The notes beneath the pieces were generated by a model. It did not search any database. It had not been told where the DNA came from and worked only from the letters and a program-made list of their open reading frames with translations. The translations under genes were made by a program, and so were the position numbers. Shown one piece after another: positions 34,608 through 45,549 of a DNA stretch of 64,000 nt. Each line of letters starts with the position of its first letter. Position 1 is the first letter of the stretch. The stretch lies in the IMG/VR virus record IMGVR_UViG_3300037307_000058, positions 3,910 through 67,909 of that record; one strand, 5' to 3'. Source of the DNA: a virus. Taxonomy: Duplodnaviria; Caudoviricetes.

Positions 34608-36263
34608 ATGGCTATCGGCGACGATTTCGAGATACAGAACGACAAAGATATTCGTGCGGTGTCGGGGTCTACCAACTATACGGTGCTCGAACTGCACCGT
34701 TGGTTGCAGGACCGCGCGGATGACGCATCGGCGTCGGGTGATGACTACATGGACATCACCCGTGATACGCCATCGGACAAGTCGTTCGATACCATCATCA
34801 ACCTCATCAACGGGTACAACATCGATGACGCCACCGCGCAGCGGTTGTACGGTGGGTCGATCATCCAGTCGGGTGGAGATGTCATTTACGACGGCATTCA
34901 AGTGCTTGCACCCGCTGGCATGCACTTGGAGATCATCCAGAACGGCGCGCTCGCGACGAACTTCTGGACGACGGGCCTGAATGCTGATGCTGCGAATGGC
35001 ATTTCGCATCGCTTCATGCTCAAGGTGCGCACGGCTGCGGCTGACATCGACGGGCGGCGTTTGCTCGGCATCACGCGCGAGTGGGGTAAGACTTACCTAG
35101 AGTTCGGCATCAACGGCACAGCGCGGGGCGTGAACGTGATGGCGTTCACCGGGTGGGCTGACGATCTGAACAACACCACGGTCATTGGGTCGATGACAGG
35201 CTCTCCGTACAACACGGTGAGTAACACCACTGCCGGGTACAACGGTATTGATGTGAACAACGACACCGCTGACGAGTACTACTACTCGGAGTGGAATCGC
35301 GGCTCGGCGTCGATCAACCAGTTCTACGAGCGCATAAAGTATCTGACGCGGCGTGGCGAGACTACAACGCTGTACGGCATTCAAGGGCAGTTGTTCCGTG
35401 GCATCACGCACGAAATCAACATCGACGGCGGTACGGGCACATGGGATGCGGTTGAAGCAGTTACGTGGTCGGGCGGTACGGGGCAGATGCTTGCGATCAA
35501 CAACCTCACGGCAACTTCTGCCACGAAGATGTGGATTCAGTTGCTCACGGGTGTGCCGCCGACTGACAATCAGACGCTTACTGGTGCCTCGTCTGGTGCA
35601 ACGAATCTGGTCAACGCGACGGTGACTGCGCGTACGGTATCCACGCCTGTTTGCGGCGTGTCAACGGGCTCGTCAATCATCGGCGCGTTCGGTTTCGGCA
35701 TCGAAGCTCTCGACCTGTCGGCGTCGGACAAGGTGTTCGACCTCACCAACACGCAACGGCAAGCGCCGAACTACGTCACGTTCACGGTCGGCGGCATCGT
35801 CTCAGGCGAGGACTATGTGCTGGTCGGTCCTGCGTCTGGTGGTGCACTCGATCTCGACCAGTTCACGCTCAATGGCGCGCTTACGGGCGCTACGGTAACG
35901 AGCGTGGTGGTGAACGGATCAATCCCGAACGACACCCCTGCTACGGGTACGATCCGCATCGCGCGGGCGAACGGCGCATACACTAGGCATCCGTACAGTG
36001 CGTGGTCAGGTTCGACCTTCACCATTACGTCGCATGATTTCTCATCGAACAATGCGGCCAATGGCGCTAACTGTTACATCAGTTATATCGACAAGCTGGC
36101 TGCGGCAACAAGTGAAGCGTTCACCGTGGTGTTCGTGTCGAACCGGGATTTGTTCATTCGTGTCCGTGATGGCGGTGCGTCCCCCATCAAGACGTTTGAA
36201 TCGACCGGCACGCTTACATCTGGTGGAGGTTCCGCAACGGCTGTTCGCACGTCGGATGCGTAG
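34608..36263 (+). CDS. Tail structural protein (551 aa)
   Basis: Thr/Gly/Ser-rich beta protein; N-terminal domain resembles 39004..39552. Confidence 0.7.
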   Translation: MAIGDDFEIQNDKDIRAVSGSTNYTVLELHRWLQDRADDASASGDDYMDITRDTPSDKSFDTIINLINGYNIDDATAQRLYGGSIIQSGGDVIYDGIQVLAPAGMHLEIIQNGALATNFWTTGLNADAANGISHRFMLKVRTAAADIDGRRLLGITREWGKTYLEFGINGTARGVNVMAFTGWADDLNNTTVIGSMTGSPYNTVSNTTAGYNGIDVNNDTADEYYYSEWNRGSASINQFYERIKYLTRRGETTTLYGIQGQLFRGITHEINIDGGTGTWDAVEAVTWSGGTGQMLAINNLTATSATKMWIQLLTGVPPTDNQTLTGASSGATNLVNATVTARTVSTPVCGVSTGSSIIGAFGFGIEALDLSASDKVFDLTNTQRQAPNYVTFTVGGIVSGEDYVLVGPASGGALDLDQFTLNGALTGATVTSVVVNGSIPNDTPATGTIRIARANGAYTRHPYSAWSGSTFTITSHDFSSNNAANGANCYISYIDKLAAATSEAFTVVFVSNRDLFIRVRDGGASPIKTFESTGTLTSGGGSATAVRTSDA

Positions 36264-36275
36264 AGGGGAAGCTCC

Positions 36276-39002
36276 GTGGCGTACATCCGCGACTATGCGG
36301 TAACGGAAGTTACGGTAGCGACATCCAACCCGCAAGCGCAGGTACTTTGGCCTACGCACGCGGCGAACGACGTTTTGTTGTTGATGCTTGCGCAGGACGG
36401 CACAACAGTGCCGTCATTGCCGTCTGGATACACTGACATCCAGAATCAGGCCGGTGCAGCGCAAACGTACCGACTTTGCTACAAGGTCGCCGCTTCTAGC
36501 TCGGAAGTGTGCCCTACGTTGTCCGGTGGCAGCGATGAGTGGCACATCACTTGCATTGCGGTTGCTGGTGCGGACTACGCGGACCCGATCAACGTCACCG
36601 CAGAACGTACGACGACGGATGCGGCTTCGCCGTTTACGTGGACTTCCAGCGCGTCCACAGATGAGGATAATGTTCTCATTTTCCAGTTCTGCAACTCGGA
36701 CTCGGGCCTCGCACTTACTGCCGTTACGATGGGGTACACCAACCTCGTTAACGGTGACGCGGGGACAGCAGGGCATGGGTGCGCCTACACGTTCAAACCT
36801 ACTTCCGGAGCCATCACAGACTGCGTATGGATGGGGCGTGCGAGCGACGATACGACGGCCTGCCTCGTTGGCATCAATGACGACGGTAACGGTACGCGCC
36901 CGCCTTATGCTGATCCGCTGACTGCCGGGACGTACATCTCGCCGCTTGGTGGTACGTCGCTTACGGAGTCGGACACTAATCCGGCATCGCTAACGTACGG
37001 CGCTATCGGGATGAAGGACTTTGCACAGTTCTTCGAGTTCGATGGAACGTCAACCTACACCGATGACACCACTGACATCAATGACGTTGGTACTGCGGAT
37101 GTAACCATTACCAACGCGACTGGCGCTATCTGGTACTTCGGGTATGACTACCCGTGGAACCACATGGTGTTGCAGGTGAGTACTGCGCAATCGGGCGGTA
37201 CTATCGTGTGGGAATACTACAATGGCTCGACATGGGCCACGCTCACCGTAGCCGGTGTGCTTACTGCTGCAGGTTGGGCGCGACTGACGTGGACCCGGCC
37301 TTCGGACATGACGGCTTCCAGCGTTAACAGTTCCGCGAATCGTTACTGGGTGCGTATGCGGGTGTCAGCCACGTTTACCACGGCCCCCATTCTGTCGCGC
37401 GGGCATGTCGGCGGTTGGCTCACTACGTACGATGCAATAGCAAACGTCGCTGACGCCGGGGTCAATCCGTACATGGACGTGATCTCGTTGTCTCCTGCCT
37501 CCACTAGCAACTTCTCTGGATCGGAGCGGCAGTTTGGTTCAGCGAAGGACATGGACACAGGCATTCTGGTTTTCCATCACAAAGCCCCGCAGGCACGGGA
37601 CTATGCGGTGGACCCGTCCATCAACGATGTGGTGTACCCCGTCACCGAGATTGGTTTGTCGGGCAAGAACGGAACGATCAGTGGGTACGGTGGGTTCGTC
37701 GTCGTATTGGCTGACGCTGACTCAGAGTATGAAGCGTATGCGATCCACAGCAAAGGGTCGCTGACGGCGGACAACAATGCGTACAACGTTGCTGCCATTG
37801 GCCTTAACAATGGAGCTATGCCATATGGAGTGATCGGCACACTCAACAAGAGCGCCGTGACGCGGATGCTGTTCCTTCCGCAAGGTGCGAATGGTGCGAT
37901 GCTTGCGTATGTGTCATCGTTGTTGCTCGTTAGCGAGATCGTGTTCGCTGGTGGTGATTCCACGAATCCGATGGATTTGGAAGACATCCGCTTCGTTGGT
38001 AACAACTGCATTGGTTCAAGTCTCATGTTCCTCGGCACGGGGGACTTCAATCGTGTCTACGCGCCGATACAGTTCGGTGGTGGCGGCAGTATCAACACAC
38101 TAGTTGATGGCGCGATCTTCCAGTTCCCAACCAAGTACGACGGGAAAAAGTACCTCGATTGGAACGCAGACGACAACATCGCAGGAGTTACGTTCTACGG
38201 TACAGGCTCGAATGACTACCTGCGGTTCCCGAACTGCGTGTGGAAAGGGAGCCAACCATTTCGGTGGGAGTTTGACTCGTCGCACTCTGCGTCGGCTACG
38301 ATTGACTTCAGCGGTAACACGGTGCAGGGCGCTACGGTCACGTTACGTTCGACGGTTACGCTGGCGGGTGCGAAGTTCATTCTTTGCCCGACGTTTACGC
38401 AGAACGCCGCCACAATGACGGGCTGTACGTTCACCAACACCAAGGTGAGTAGTGCGTCTCCCGGCGATGCGGACAACATCAGTAGTAGCGCGTTTGTCAA
38501 GACGACGGGCACTCGTCATGGGTTGGAGATCAGCGGTACCGCAGTAGACATGACACTGAACGGTGTCACCTTTACTGGCTTCGCGGGCAGTAACGGCTCT
38601 ACCGGCAACGAAGCGATTTACGTGAACATCGCATCTGGATCGATGACGATCAATATCACGGGCGGTGGTAGCACGCCATCGATTCGCACTGCCGGTGCCA
38701 CGGTTACGGTGCAGAACGCCGTGACGGTCAAGGTGACAGTTAAGGACGTGAACACGGGTGCGGCAATCGAGAATGCTCGTGTGCTGGTGGAGAAGGTGTC
38801 GGATGGTACGGACATCCTTACGGGGTTGACCAATTCAAGTGGTATCGCATCTACAACGTATGCCTATGTGTCCGATACGGCAGTGATAGGTAAAGTGCGT
38901 CGGGCGTCGGATGCGTATGGCACGCTATACAAGACGGCTCCGATCTCAGCTACGATCACATCGACGGGTCTCGACACCACCGTTCTGTTGATACCGGATT
39001 GA
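36276..39002 (+). CDS. Tail fibre/spike-like protein with probable beta-helix region (908 aa)
   Basis: Multi-domain Thr/Ser/Gly-rich protein; 'TFTNTKV..', 'LNGVTFTGF' beta-helix-like turns near the C-terminus. Confidence 0.65.
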   Translation: MAYIRDYAVTEVTVATSNPQAQVLWPTHAANDVLLLMLAQDGTTVPSLPSGYTDIQNQAGAAQTYRLCYKVAASSSEVCPTLSGGSDEWHITCIAVAGADYADPINVTAERTTTDAASPFTWTSSASTDEDNVLIFQFCNSDSGLALTAVTMGYTNLVNGDAGTAGHGCAYTFKPTSGAITDCVWMGRASDDTTACLVGINDDGNGTRPPYADPLTAGTYISPLGGTSLTESDTNPASLTYGAIGMKDFAQFFEFDGTSTYTDDTTDINDVGTADVTITNATGAIWYFGYDYPWNHMVLQVSTAQSGGTIVWEYYNGSTWATLTVAGVLTAAGWARLTWTRPSDMTASSVNSSANRYWVRMRVSATFTTAPILSRGHVGGWLTTYDAIANVADAGVNPYMDVISLSPASTSNFSGSERQFGSAKDMDTGILVFHHKAPQARDYAVDPSINDVVYPVTEIGLSGKNGTISGYGGFVVVLADADSEYEAYAIHSKGSLTADNNAYNVAAIGLNNGAMPYGVIGTLNKSAVTRMLFLPQGANGAMLAYVSSLLLVSEIVFAGGDSTNPMDLEDIRFVGNNCIGSSLMFLGTGDFNRVYAPIQFGGGGSINTLVDGAIFQFPTKYDGKKYLDWNADDNIAGVTFYGTGSNDYLRFPNCVWKGSQPFRWEFDSSHSASATIDFSGNTVQGATVTLRSTVTLAGAKFILCPTFTQNAATMTGCTFTNTKVSSASPGDADNISSSAFVKTTGTRHGLEISGTAVDMTLNGVTFTGFAGSNGSTGNEAIYVNIASGSMTINITGGGSTPSIRTAGATVTVQNAVTVKVTVKDVNTGAAIENARVLVEKVSDGTDILTGLTNSSGIASTTYAYVSDTAVIGKVRRASDAYGTLYKTAPISATITSTGLDTTVLLIPD

Positions 39003-39003
39003 C

Positions 39004-39552
39004 ATGGCGATCACGATTAACTGGTCTACGAAGGTCATCAGCGTGCCGCAAGCTGACCTTACGCTCGTCTCGGGTTCGATCTACGAACTCGACGTGGACT
39101 GGTTTCGCCTGCAATTGAAGGACATCGAGGACAGCGAAGAGGGGATGGGGTTCCCTGACACGCATCGTCACAACACTGCAGTCACATTGTCGGGGGTGAC
39201 ATACGCACGTACATTCGAGATCATCAACGGCTACACGGTGACTTTCGAGAACGGCAACTACACTGTCCAGTGCGTAGGTGCGAATCACAACATCGCCGAT
39301 GTGAAGAACGTCAACTCAGTCAGCCTCATCATTGGCAACTCCGCTGGCCTCATCAACGGCTTCAACGCTGAGATGGAGCCGGGCTTCACGTTCGCCGAGG
39401 CGTTGCGCATCATGGCAGCAGTGATCGCAGGCAAGAGTTCAGGTGGGCCGGGATCGCCCGTGTTCCGCGATCTAGCCGACTCGAAGAACCGTGTCATTGG
39501 CACTGCGGACTCCAGCGGCAACCGTACCGCAGCAACTTACGACGGGTCGTAG
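39004..39552 (+). CDS. Tail structural protein (182 aa)
   Basis: MAITINW..K.I.V...; ARTFEIINGYTVTFE; C-terminal ALRIMAAVIAGK. Confidence 0.75.
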   Translation: MAITINWSTKVISVPQADLTLVSGSIYELDVDWFRLQLKDIEDSEEGMGFPDTHRHNTAVTLSGVTYARTFEIINGYTVTFENGNYTVQCVGANHNIADVKNVNSVSLIIGNSAGLINGFNAEMEPGFTFAEALRIMAAVIAGKSSGGPGSPVFRDLADSKNRVIGTADSSGNRTAATYDGS

Positions 39553-39554
39553 CC

Positions 39555-40406
39555 ATGTCCTACTGGCGCGGCGGGAATTGGACCGCGAACCATTGGGACG
39601 CGAACAACTGGCTAGGCCCGAACGCAGCTAGCAGCAGTGACGTTTCCGTAGCCCTTACCGGGCTGCGCGCGACTACGGCGTACGGGGCGCTCGCCCCCGC
39701 CATCGAGAAGGCGCTCGACGGTCAGGTTGCGACAACCGCGCAGGGGGCGCTCATCCCCGAGCAGGGCACGGTGGTGGCGCTCACCGGCCTCGCGGCGATC
39801 ACAGCGGCGGGGGTGGTTGTCCCGCTGGCGTCCCTGCAGGGACAAGCGGCGGAAACCCGGTTTGGTCAACTTGTCCCTGAGCTGCTGGTCGAGCTGACCG
39901 GGCTGGTCGTCGGCGCGCTGCCGGGGCTGCTGAGCGGGGAGTCGCTGGCCGATGGAGCGCTCTCGGGGCAGGGCGTAACGGCGCAGGCGGGCGTGCTCGG
40001 CGTAGAGCTGTCGATCCCGCTGGTGGGTGGACGGGTCCAGACAGGTCAGGGCGTCCTCCGCATCCCCTACGAGAGTTATGATAACGGCGTATGGACAGTC
40101 ACCCTGCCGGTCGAGCTGTTCGCGCGTAGGGACAATGCCGGGGAAACCCTTTTCTTTCAGTCTGTCCCTGCCTCCGTGGTGGTGGGCAGCGCGGCGCTAC
40201 AGGCGTTGTTCGCGGACGAGCCGACCGATTTGTGGGCGAAGGAGCCGCCGCGCGAGCTGTGGGTGGTGGAGCAGAATGTCGGATGGTGGGTTGTCGCGGC
40301 AGGAGTCGATCTCGTCAGGACGGCTGCTATCGACGACCTCTTTGTGGTGACGGACGCGGACGAGCCGGTTGCACGCGAGCAATCTGAAGAACTGCTGGCC
40401 GCATAG
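39555..40406 (+). CDS. Fibre-like protein with LTGxxAxxxxGxL repeats
   Basis: About 7 repeat units such as LTGLRATTAYGAL, LDGQVATTAQGAL. Confidence 0.7.
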   Translation: MSYWRGGNWTANHWDANNWLGPNAASSSDVSVALTGLRATTAYGALAPAIEKALDGQVATTAQGALIPEQGTVVALTGLAAITAAGVVVPLASLQGQAAETRFGQLVPELLVELTGLVVGALPGLLSGESLADGALSGQGVTAQAGVLGVELSIPLVGGRVQTGQGVLRIPYESYDNGVWTVTLPVELFARRDNAGETLFFQSVPASVVVGSAALQALFADEPTDLWAKEPPRELWVVEQNVGWWVVAAGVDLVRTAAIDDLFVVTDADEPVAREQSEELLAA

Positions 40407-40414
40407 GAGACAAC

Positions 40415-41515
40415 ATGGGACGGATTCATTCGCAGCAATTGGAGAGGTGGCTCGGTGCGGACAAGATCGAACACATCCAGCGCGCGATGCGCGGCTGGTA
40501 CTACAGGCCGATCTGCTTGCTCGACGTGCCGGGGTCGGTGTGGGTCACTGCTGACGGCGATTTCGTCGGCAGCTTCCGTGGCGGCTACTTCATGTCGGCG
40601 TTGGATGCGGCGCGCGAGTTGTGGCGTCGTGTCGGCAGGCCCCAGTACGGTTTCGCAGGCGCAGGCTTCGCATCGATTTCGGACATACTGCTACGAGCCT
40701 CTACGGGGTACTCGCAGTACCAGAACTTCCAGAAGGTCGGACCGACTGGCGTGGTAGCTGCAACTTCGACGCTGTGGCGCGTCGGCAACACGCCCGTCGC
40801 AGGCAGCGCAGGTGCAGCAGCTCCGGGGGGTACGGTGCACGTAGGGTCGGATACAGGGGCGTTGAAGTTCAACAACCCCGCGAGCGGCACGCTGCACCTG
40901 ACCGGCGCGGACGCGACATGCAATATCGTCAACAATGCGCTGCTGCTCTACGACCGACTGTTCTCTGTTGCCAAGACGATGAACAGCACCAGCACGGAAG
41001 CAGTGACTGGCGTGCCTTCGCGTTACGCAAGCACGACGACGACAGCCCCGGATTTTATCGGCGGCAACTTCGGCTTCATTGAAGTCGGCGGTACGGCGCT
41101 TGCGGCGACGGCGCACAACTGGACGGTGTGCACCTATACCGATCAGGCCAATGCGTCCTCGACGCTTCCAAGCGTGACAGGCAATTCGGCGGGCATCGTG
41201 GACCGCCTCGACCAGCCGGTCGGCCAGTGGTTCGTGAATCTGGAAGCGGGCGACGTTGGTATCAAGGCGTGGACGCAGATGCAATGCTCCGCTGCGGTGG
41301 CGACGGGCGCGATCAACTTCTGCATCGGTCACCCTATCGGGTTCATGCTGTTTCCGATCATCAACACGATGTTCCCGTTCGACTGGATCACCAACCGTGA
41401 TCTCGCGCCGCGCATCTTCGACAATGCATGTTTGTCGTTCCTTGAAGTCTGCAAGCCTGCCACGAGTGCGACGACGTACACCGGGCGCATCGTGGCGACT
41501 AACGCAGCGGCGTAA
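40415..41515 (+). CDS. Virion-associated hypothetical protein (366 aa)
   Basis: AGGAG RBS; within the tail block. Confidence 0.75.
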   Translation: MGRIHSQQLERWLGADKIEHIQRAMRGWYYRPICLLDVPGSVWVTADGDFVGSFRGGYFMSALDAARELWRRVGRPQYGFAGAGFASISDILLRASTGYSQYQNFQKVGPTGVVAATSTLWRVGNTPVAGSAGAAAPGGTVHVGSDTGALKFNNPASGTLHLTGADATCNIVNNALLLYDRLFSVAKTMNSTSTEAVTGVPSRYASTTTTAPDFIGGNFGFIEVGGTALAATAHNWTVCTYTDQANASSTLPSVTGNSAGIVDRLDQPVGQWFVNLEAGDVGIKAWTQMQCSAAVATGAINFCIGHPIGFMLFPIINTMFPFDWITNRDLAPRIFDNACLSFLEVCKPATSATTYTGRIVATNAAA

Positions 41516-44500
41516 TGGCTGGCTTCCCGTTCAAGTTCATCAATGGCAGCGGTGTTGCCGGTGTACGCACGCCTATTGAACGGGAAGCAGCGTGGTCAAA
41601 GCGCACTGACAATAACAATCATCTTCGACTCCCGCTTGAGATCAAGGCGTTCGAGGGGCTGCGCGCAACGCTGTGGCAAGGGCTTGCCGAGCGTGGGTGG
41701 GCGGTCGCGCTTACTGGCGAAGACGCCGCTACTGCCGCAGGCACACTCGGCACGCAGAAGCGGTACTACGAGTACGTAGACAACTTCGTCAACAGCAACG
41801 GCACGGGGATCACATCACACTCAAGCGATGCCCCGCAGTTGTTCGGCTACGCGGCGTACAACTACACAACTGAACCGACAATCGAATCCAACCGATTGCG
41901 CGGCCCCGGCGCGACTGATACGGCGCGCATCTGGTGCGTGCCGTACTGGACGCCGACAGTCAAAGCCGAGAACGATTTTTGGCTTGAGGTTTCGCTGTAC
42001 CGCCGCAACTCAACTGCTGGCGCTACTTCTGGAATCGTCAACACGGGTGTTCTTGTTCGTGGCTCCGGTACGAATGGCGACGGGTTCGTTATCGGTTGGA
42101 ACGAGCTTGACGACGACTGGTACATTCTTGAGTACATTGGTGGCACGCTCAATCAGACGCTTGGGCAGGGGTTCGGCAACGGCGTGTTCACTGGCACGTC
42201 GCAAGAACGCAAACTCCTAATCCACGTATACACGTATACAGATTCCGATCCGTACTACAACGTTCAGATAGATGTATTCGTCGATTCTGGTAGTGGGTAC
42301 AACACGTCTGCCGACTTCTACGGCACTGCGTACGGCACGTTGTTTGGTGGTACGGCGTACTACGAAATCGGTCAGGTCTTTGAAGAAGTCAACGGCGTTG
42401 ATGTTGAATGGGTTCGTCTCTACGACGATCTCCCACAGCTCGAAGGTGCGCGTCTTACTGCGACCCCCGGCACCGTCGTTGACTTTACGCGGCAGCTAAC
42501 CGGCTACACCGCGACGACGACAGCAGGCTCGGTATCCATCGGCGGTGGAACGGATGTCGAAGTAGCGCTCACTGGCGAAGACGCCACGACGGCGCAAGGT
42601 ACGCTCACTCCGGACACTCCGGTGTTTGGGGTGCTCACAGGCTACGCTGCTACGACTGCGCAGGGCGCGCTGACCCCCGCGCTTGCGGTGTTGTGCGATC
42701 CCCCGGTGTCGTTCTCGCCGCGTGTGGCGTGGACGTACTACAACGCAACGGTCACCTACAAGCAGAATCCCGGCAACATCGGCACGCAGTTCATGCCGTG
42801 GCAGGGCGTGCTGTACGGCGCTGGTAACGACGCCAACGAAGAGTTCACTTCACGCTGGCCGCGCAGCGGTCTGAAGCAGATCAGCCAGATCACGGAAGAA
42901 ACATGGCCGTGGACGGCGAATCCGAAGTGGACGAACACCGACAACACGGGGATGTCGATTGACGACCCCCTTGACCCCAACCTGATCGGCAAGTTCTTCC
43001 CGCGCGGGTTTGCGAGCAGCGCGGACCCCGGCTACAAATACAACACGGTCTACTCACGTGGTGGTTGGCTAACGATTAACCAGCACGGCAACATCTGGTC
43101 GGCGGTCGAGCGCATCTACGACAAGATGGGGCAGGTAGTCATCTACCTTGCGCCCCACCAAGGTGAAGTCTCAGGCACCAACTACTACAACGGCCCCGAG
43201 CTGCTTGTGGGGTCGGTGCAGAGTCAACTCACGACAGACCCGTTGCGCCAGCGGTACAACACGGCTGCGCCGATGGGTCTGTACGCGCTGTCCGACACGG
43301 AAGCGATTGCGTTCTACCCGCAGATCATCGACGGGCAGATCAGCGGCAAGTTCGCTGATCTCGTCGGGCTTCGCGCGACGACTGAGGCAGGCACGGTCGG
43401 CAAGACGTACACACCGGGTACTAACCTCGACATCCCGCTCACGGGGCATGCTGCGACGACCACTGCTGGTGTTGTTGGTGTGCAGGGCAGTGCGACGGTG
43501 CCGCTCACTGGTCTGGAAGTCGCGGCGACGCAGGGTGTTCTCTATGCGCGTGACGCGAACGTCGTCCCGGCGTTCCGCCGACTGAAGGGCGGGGCGTGGA
43601 GTGACACGCCGGTAGTGGCGTCGAGCTTCACGGGTGCTGCGCGGGTGTGGGCGCGGTCACACTACCTCACGGTCGTCCCGAGCGGGTACGGCGACACGAT
43701 CTTCGCGGTCTATTACAGCGAGGGGTGGGGCAACACCGGGCCGAAGATCGGCGTGCTGGTCATGGACGCATCGACCGGCGAGATCGTGTCGAACACATTG
43801 TACGCGGTGGCCTCGACGGTGTTCTCGCGGTTCACTGACGGCACGTACGAGGGAGACTTCGCTTCCCGTCAGACGCTTGATCTCGTGAACCGTCCGTGGG
43901 GGCAGCACCGCACGGTAGCGCTCACGCACAAGCTCGGGTCTGGTACGCACGTCACACAGTTCCTGTTCTGCGGTCAGGTGGTGCACCTGTCGTGGACGAG
44001 CGGCACGCGCACCGCACCTACTGTCACGATCAAGGATGGTGTCGCGCTCAGCGCGCAGACGGCGGCGGTCGCGGGCTGGGAGTCGTTGGAGATTCGCGGC
44101 GACAAGGTGTACCACGTCGTACCTGTGGTGACGCTCGACTTCGGCGAGTTCGGCGACTACGACGACGCCGCTGCGCCCATCGCGCTGCACTACAACGACG
44201 CTACCGGCACGAGCAGCACGTGGACGGCTCCCACTGTCAGCACGAGCACGAGCGGCACCAAGGCGACCAGCCGCGACTACCCGTCGTTCTACGGCGGCTA
44301 CGGCGGTGGGCGCAAGTCACACTGGTACGCGGCGTGGTTCAGCATCGGTCTTACCGAGCGCGGCCACGACACCGGCTGGTTCGACGCGTGGTACCAGCAG
44401 CCCAAGCCCGTCACCCTCGAAGCCCGCGCACTGCTTGGGCGTGTCGGCACGACGGTCAGCTACGACCCGAACGTCACGCTCACTGGGCTGGCGGCGACGA

Positions 44501-45474
44501 CAGCGCAAGGCACGCTGTTCGCCAGCATCACCTACCAGCGGCAGCTCACCGGGCTGGCGGCGGCAACGGCGCAAGGCGCGGTCACCCCCGAAGGTGGAGA
44601 TGTCATCGCGGCGCTCACCGGCCTCGCTGCGACGACGGACTACGGCGACCTGACGGTCGGGGCACCGCCGGTACTCGTCGAACTGGACGGACTGCGCGCG
44701 ACGACGGGCTACGGGTGGGTCACGTTCTCGGGCTACAAGCTCGCGGGCCTGCAGCTCTCCACGTACATCGGCGTGATCGGCGTCACGACCGACGAGACCG
44801 CCGCGCTCACCGGCCTGCAGCTCTCCACGGCGTACGGAACGCTGACCACTGCCGCAACGGCCTCTCTCACTGGCGAAGACGCAACGTCAGCGGCGGGTGT
44901 CGTTACGCCAGCGGTCATCATGCCGCACTGGAAGTTCGGGCTGGCTGCTTCGCTCGCGCAAGGCGCGCTCACGCCGCTGGTGGAGAACGCCGCTGCGCTT
45001 GCTGGTGCGGCCATCGCTGCGATACAAGGCGCGCTTGCTGCGAGCAACGACCACCCGCGCACGCTTACCGGGCAGGCAGCTACCACTACGGGCGGGGCGG
45101 TCACGCCGTCGCAGCTCAACACGCAAGGTGTCACGGGGCAGGCTGCGACCACGCGCGCTGGGTCGCTCGTGCCGTTGGTCTCGGTAAGCCTCAGCGGCGA
45201 GCCTGCGGTGTCGTCGCAAGGCACGCTGCAGCTTCTGCTCGACATCTTCCTCACCGGGCGCTCGTGCACGACGACAGGCGGCGAGCTGTCGCCGTTGGAG
45301 ACTGCTGTGGTGCCGCTGACAGGTGCACGCGCACGTGCGCAGCGCGGGCAGTTGATGGAGGGTGTGCCTTACCCATACGGGCAAAACCTGTGGGTGACGC
45401 AGCGCGATCTCGACGCGGACTACCAAGAAGCCGGTGTCGAAGAGGTCGTCACTCGAACTCCCGCTGACAACTAA
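41515..45474 (+). CDS. Large tail fibre / receptor-binding protein: repeat shaft with three inserted globular domains (1319 aa)
   Basis: About 20 LTGxxATTxxGxL-type repeats interrupted by aromatic-rich non-repeat domains. Confidence 0.72.
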   Translation: MAGFPFKFINGSGVAGVRTPIEREAAWSKRTDNNNHLRLPLEIKAFEGLRATLWQGLAERGWAVALTGEDAATAAGTLGTQKRYYEYVDNFVNSNGTGITSHSSDAPQLFGYAAYNYTTEPTIESNRLRGPGATDTARIWCVPYWTPTVKAENDFWLEVSLYRRNSTAGATSGIVNTGVLVRGSGTNGDGFVIGWNELDDDWYILEYIGGTLNQTLGQGFGNGVFTGTSQERKLLIHVYTYTDSDPYYNVQIDVFVDSGSGYNTSADFYGTAYGTLFGGTAYYEIGQVFEEVNGVDVEWVRLYDDLPQLEGARLTATPGTVVDFTRQLTGYTATTTAGSVSIGGGTDVEVALTGEDATTAQGTLTPDTPVFGVLTGYAATTAQGALTPALAVLCDPPVSFSPRVAWTYYNATVTYKQNPGNIGTQFMPWQGVLYGAGNDANEEFTSRWPRSGLKQISQITEETWPWTANPKWTNTDNTGMSIDDPLDPNLIGKFFPRGFASSADPGYKYNTVYSRGGWLTINQHGNIWSAVERIYDKMGQVVIYLAPHQGEVSGTNYYNGPELLVGSVQSQLTTDPLRQRYNTAAPMGLYALSDTEAIAFYPQIIDGQISGKFADLVGLRATTEAGTVGKTYTPGTNLDIPLTGHAATTTAGVVGVQGSATVPLTGLEVAATQGVLYARDANVVPAFRRLKGGAWSDTPVVASSFTGAARVWARSHYLTVVPSGYGDTIFAVYYSEGWGNTGPKIGVLVMDASTGEIVSNTLYAVASTVFSRFTDGTYEGDFASRQTLDLVNRPWGQHRTVALTHKLGSGTHVTQFLFCGQVVHLSWTSGTRTAPTVTIKDGVALSAQTAAVAGWESLEIRGDKVYHVVPVVTLDFGEFGDYDDAAAPIALHYNDATGTSSTWTAPTVSTSTSGTKATSRDYPSFYGGYGGGRKSHWYAAWFSIGLTERGHDTGWFDAWYQQPKPVTLEARALLGRVGTTVSYDPNVTLTGLAATTAQGTLFASITYQRQLTGLAAATAQGAVTPEGGDVIAALTGLAATTDYGDLTVGAPPVLVELDGLRATTGYGWVTFSGYKLAGLQLSTYIGVIGVTTDETAALTGLQLSTAYGTLTTAATASLTGEDATSAAGVVTPAVIMPHWKFGLAASLAQGALTPLVENAAALAGAAIAAIQGALAASNDHPRTLTGQAATTTGGAVTPSQLNTQGVTGQAATTRAGSLVPLVSVSLSGEPAVSSQGTLQLLLDIFLTGRSCTTTGGELSPLETAVVPLTGARARAQRGQLMEGVPYPYGQNLWVTQRDLDADYQEAGVEEVVTRTPADN

Positions 45475-45549
45475 CATGGCTAACATCGACTAGGCAAGGC
45501 GCGCGGGATTCTGCACACTTGCGGGTAATAACCCAAGAGGAACCCCCCC

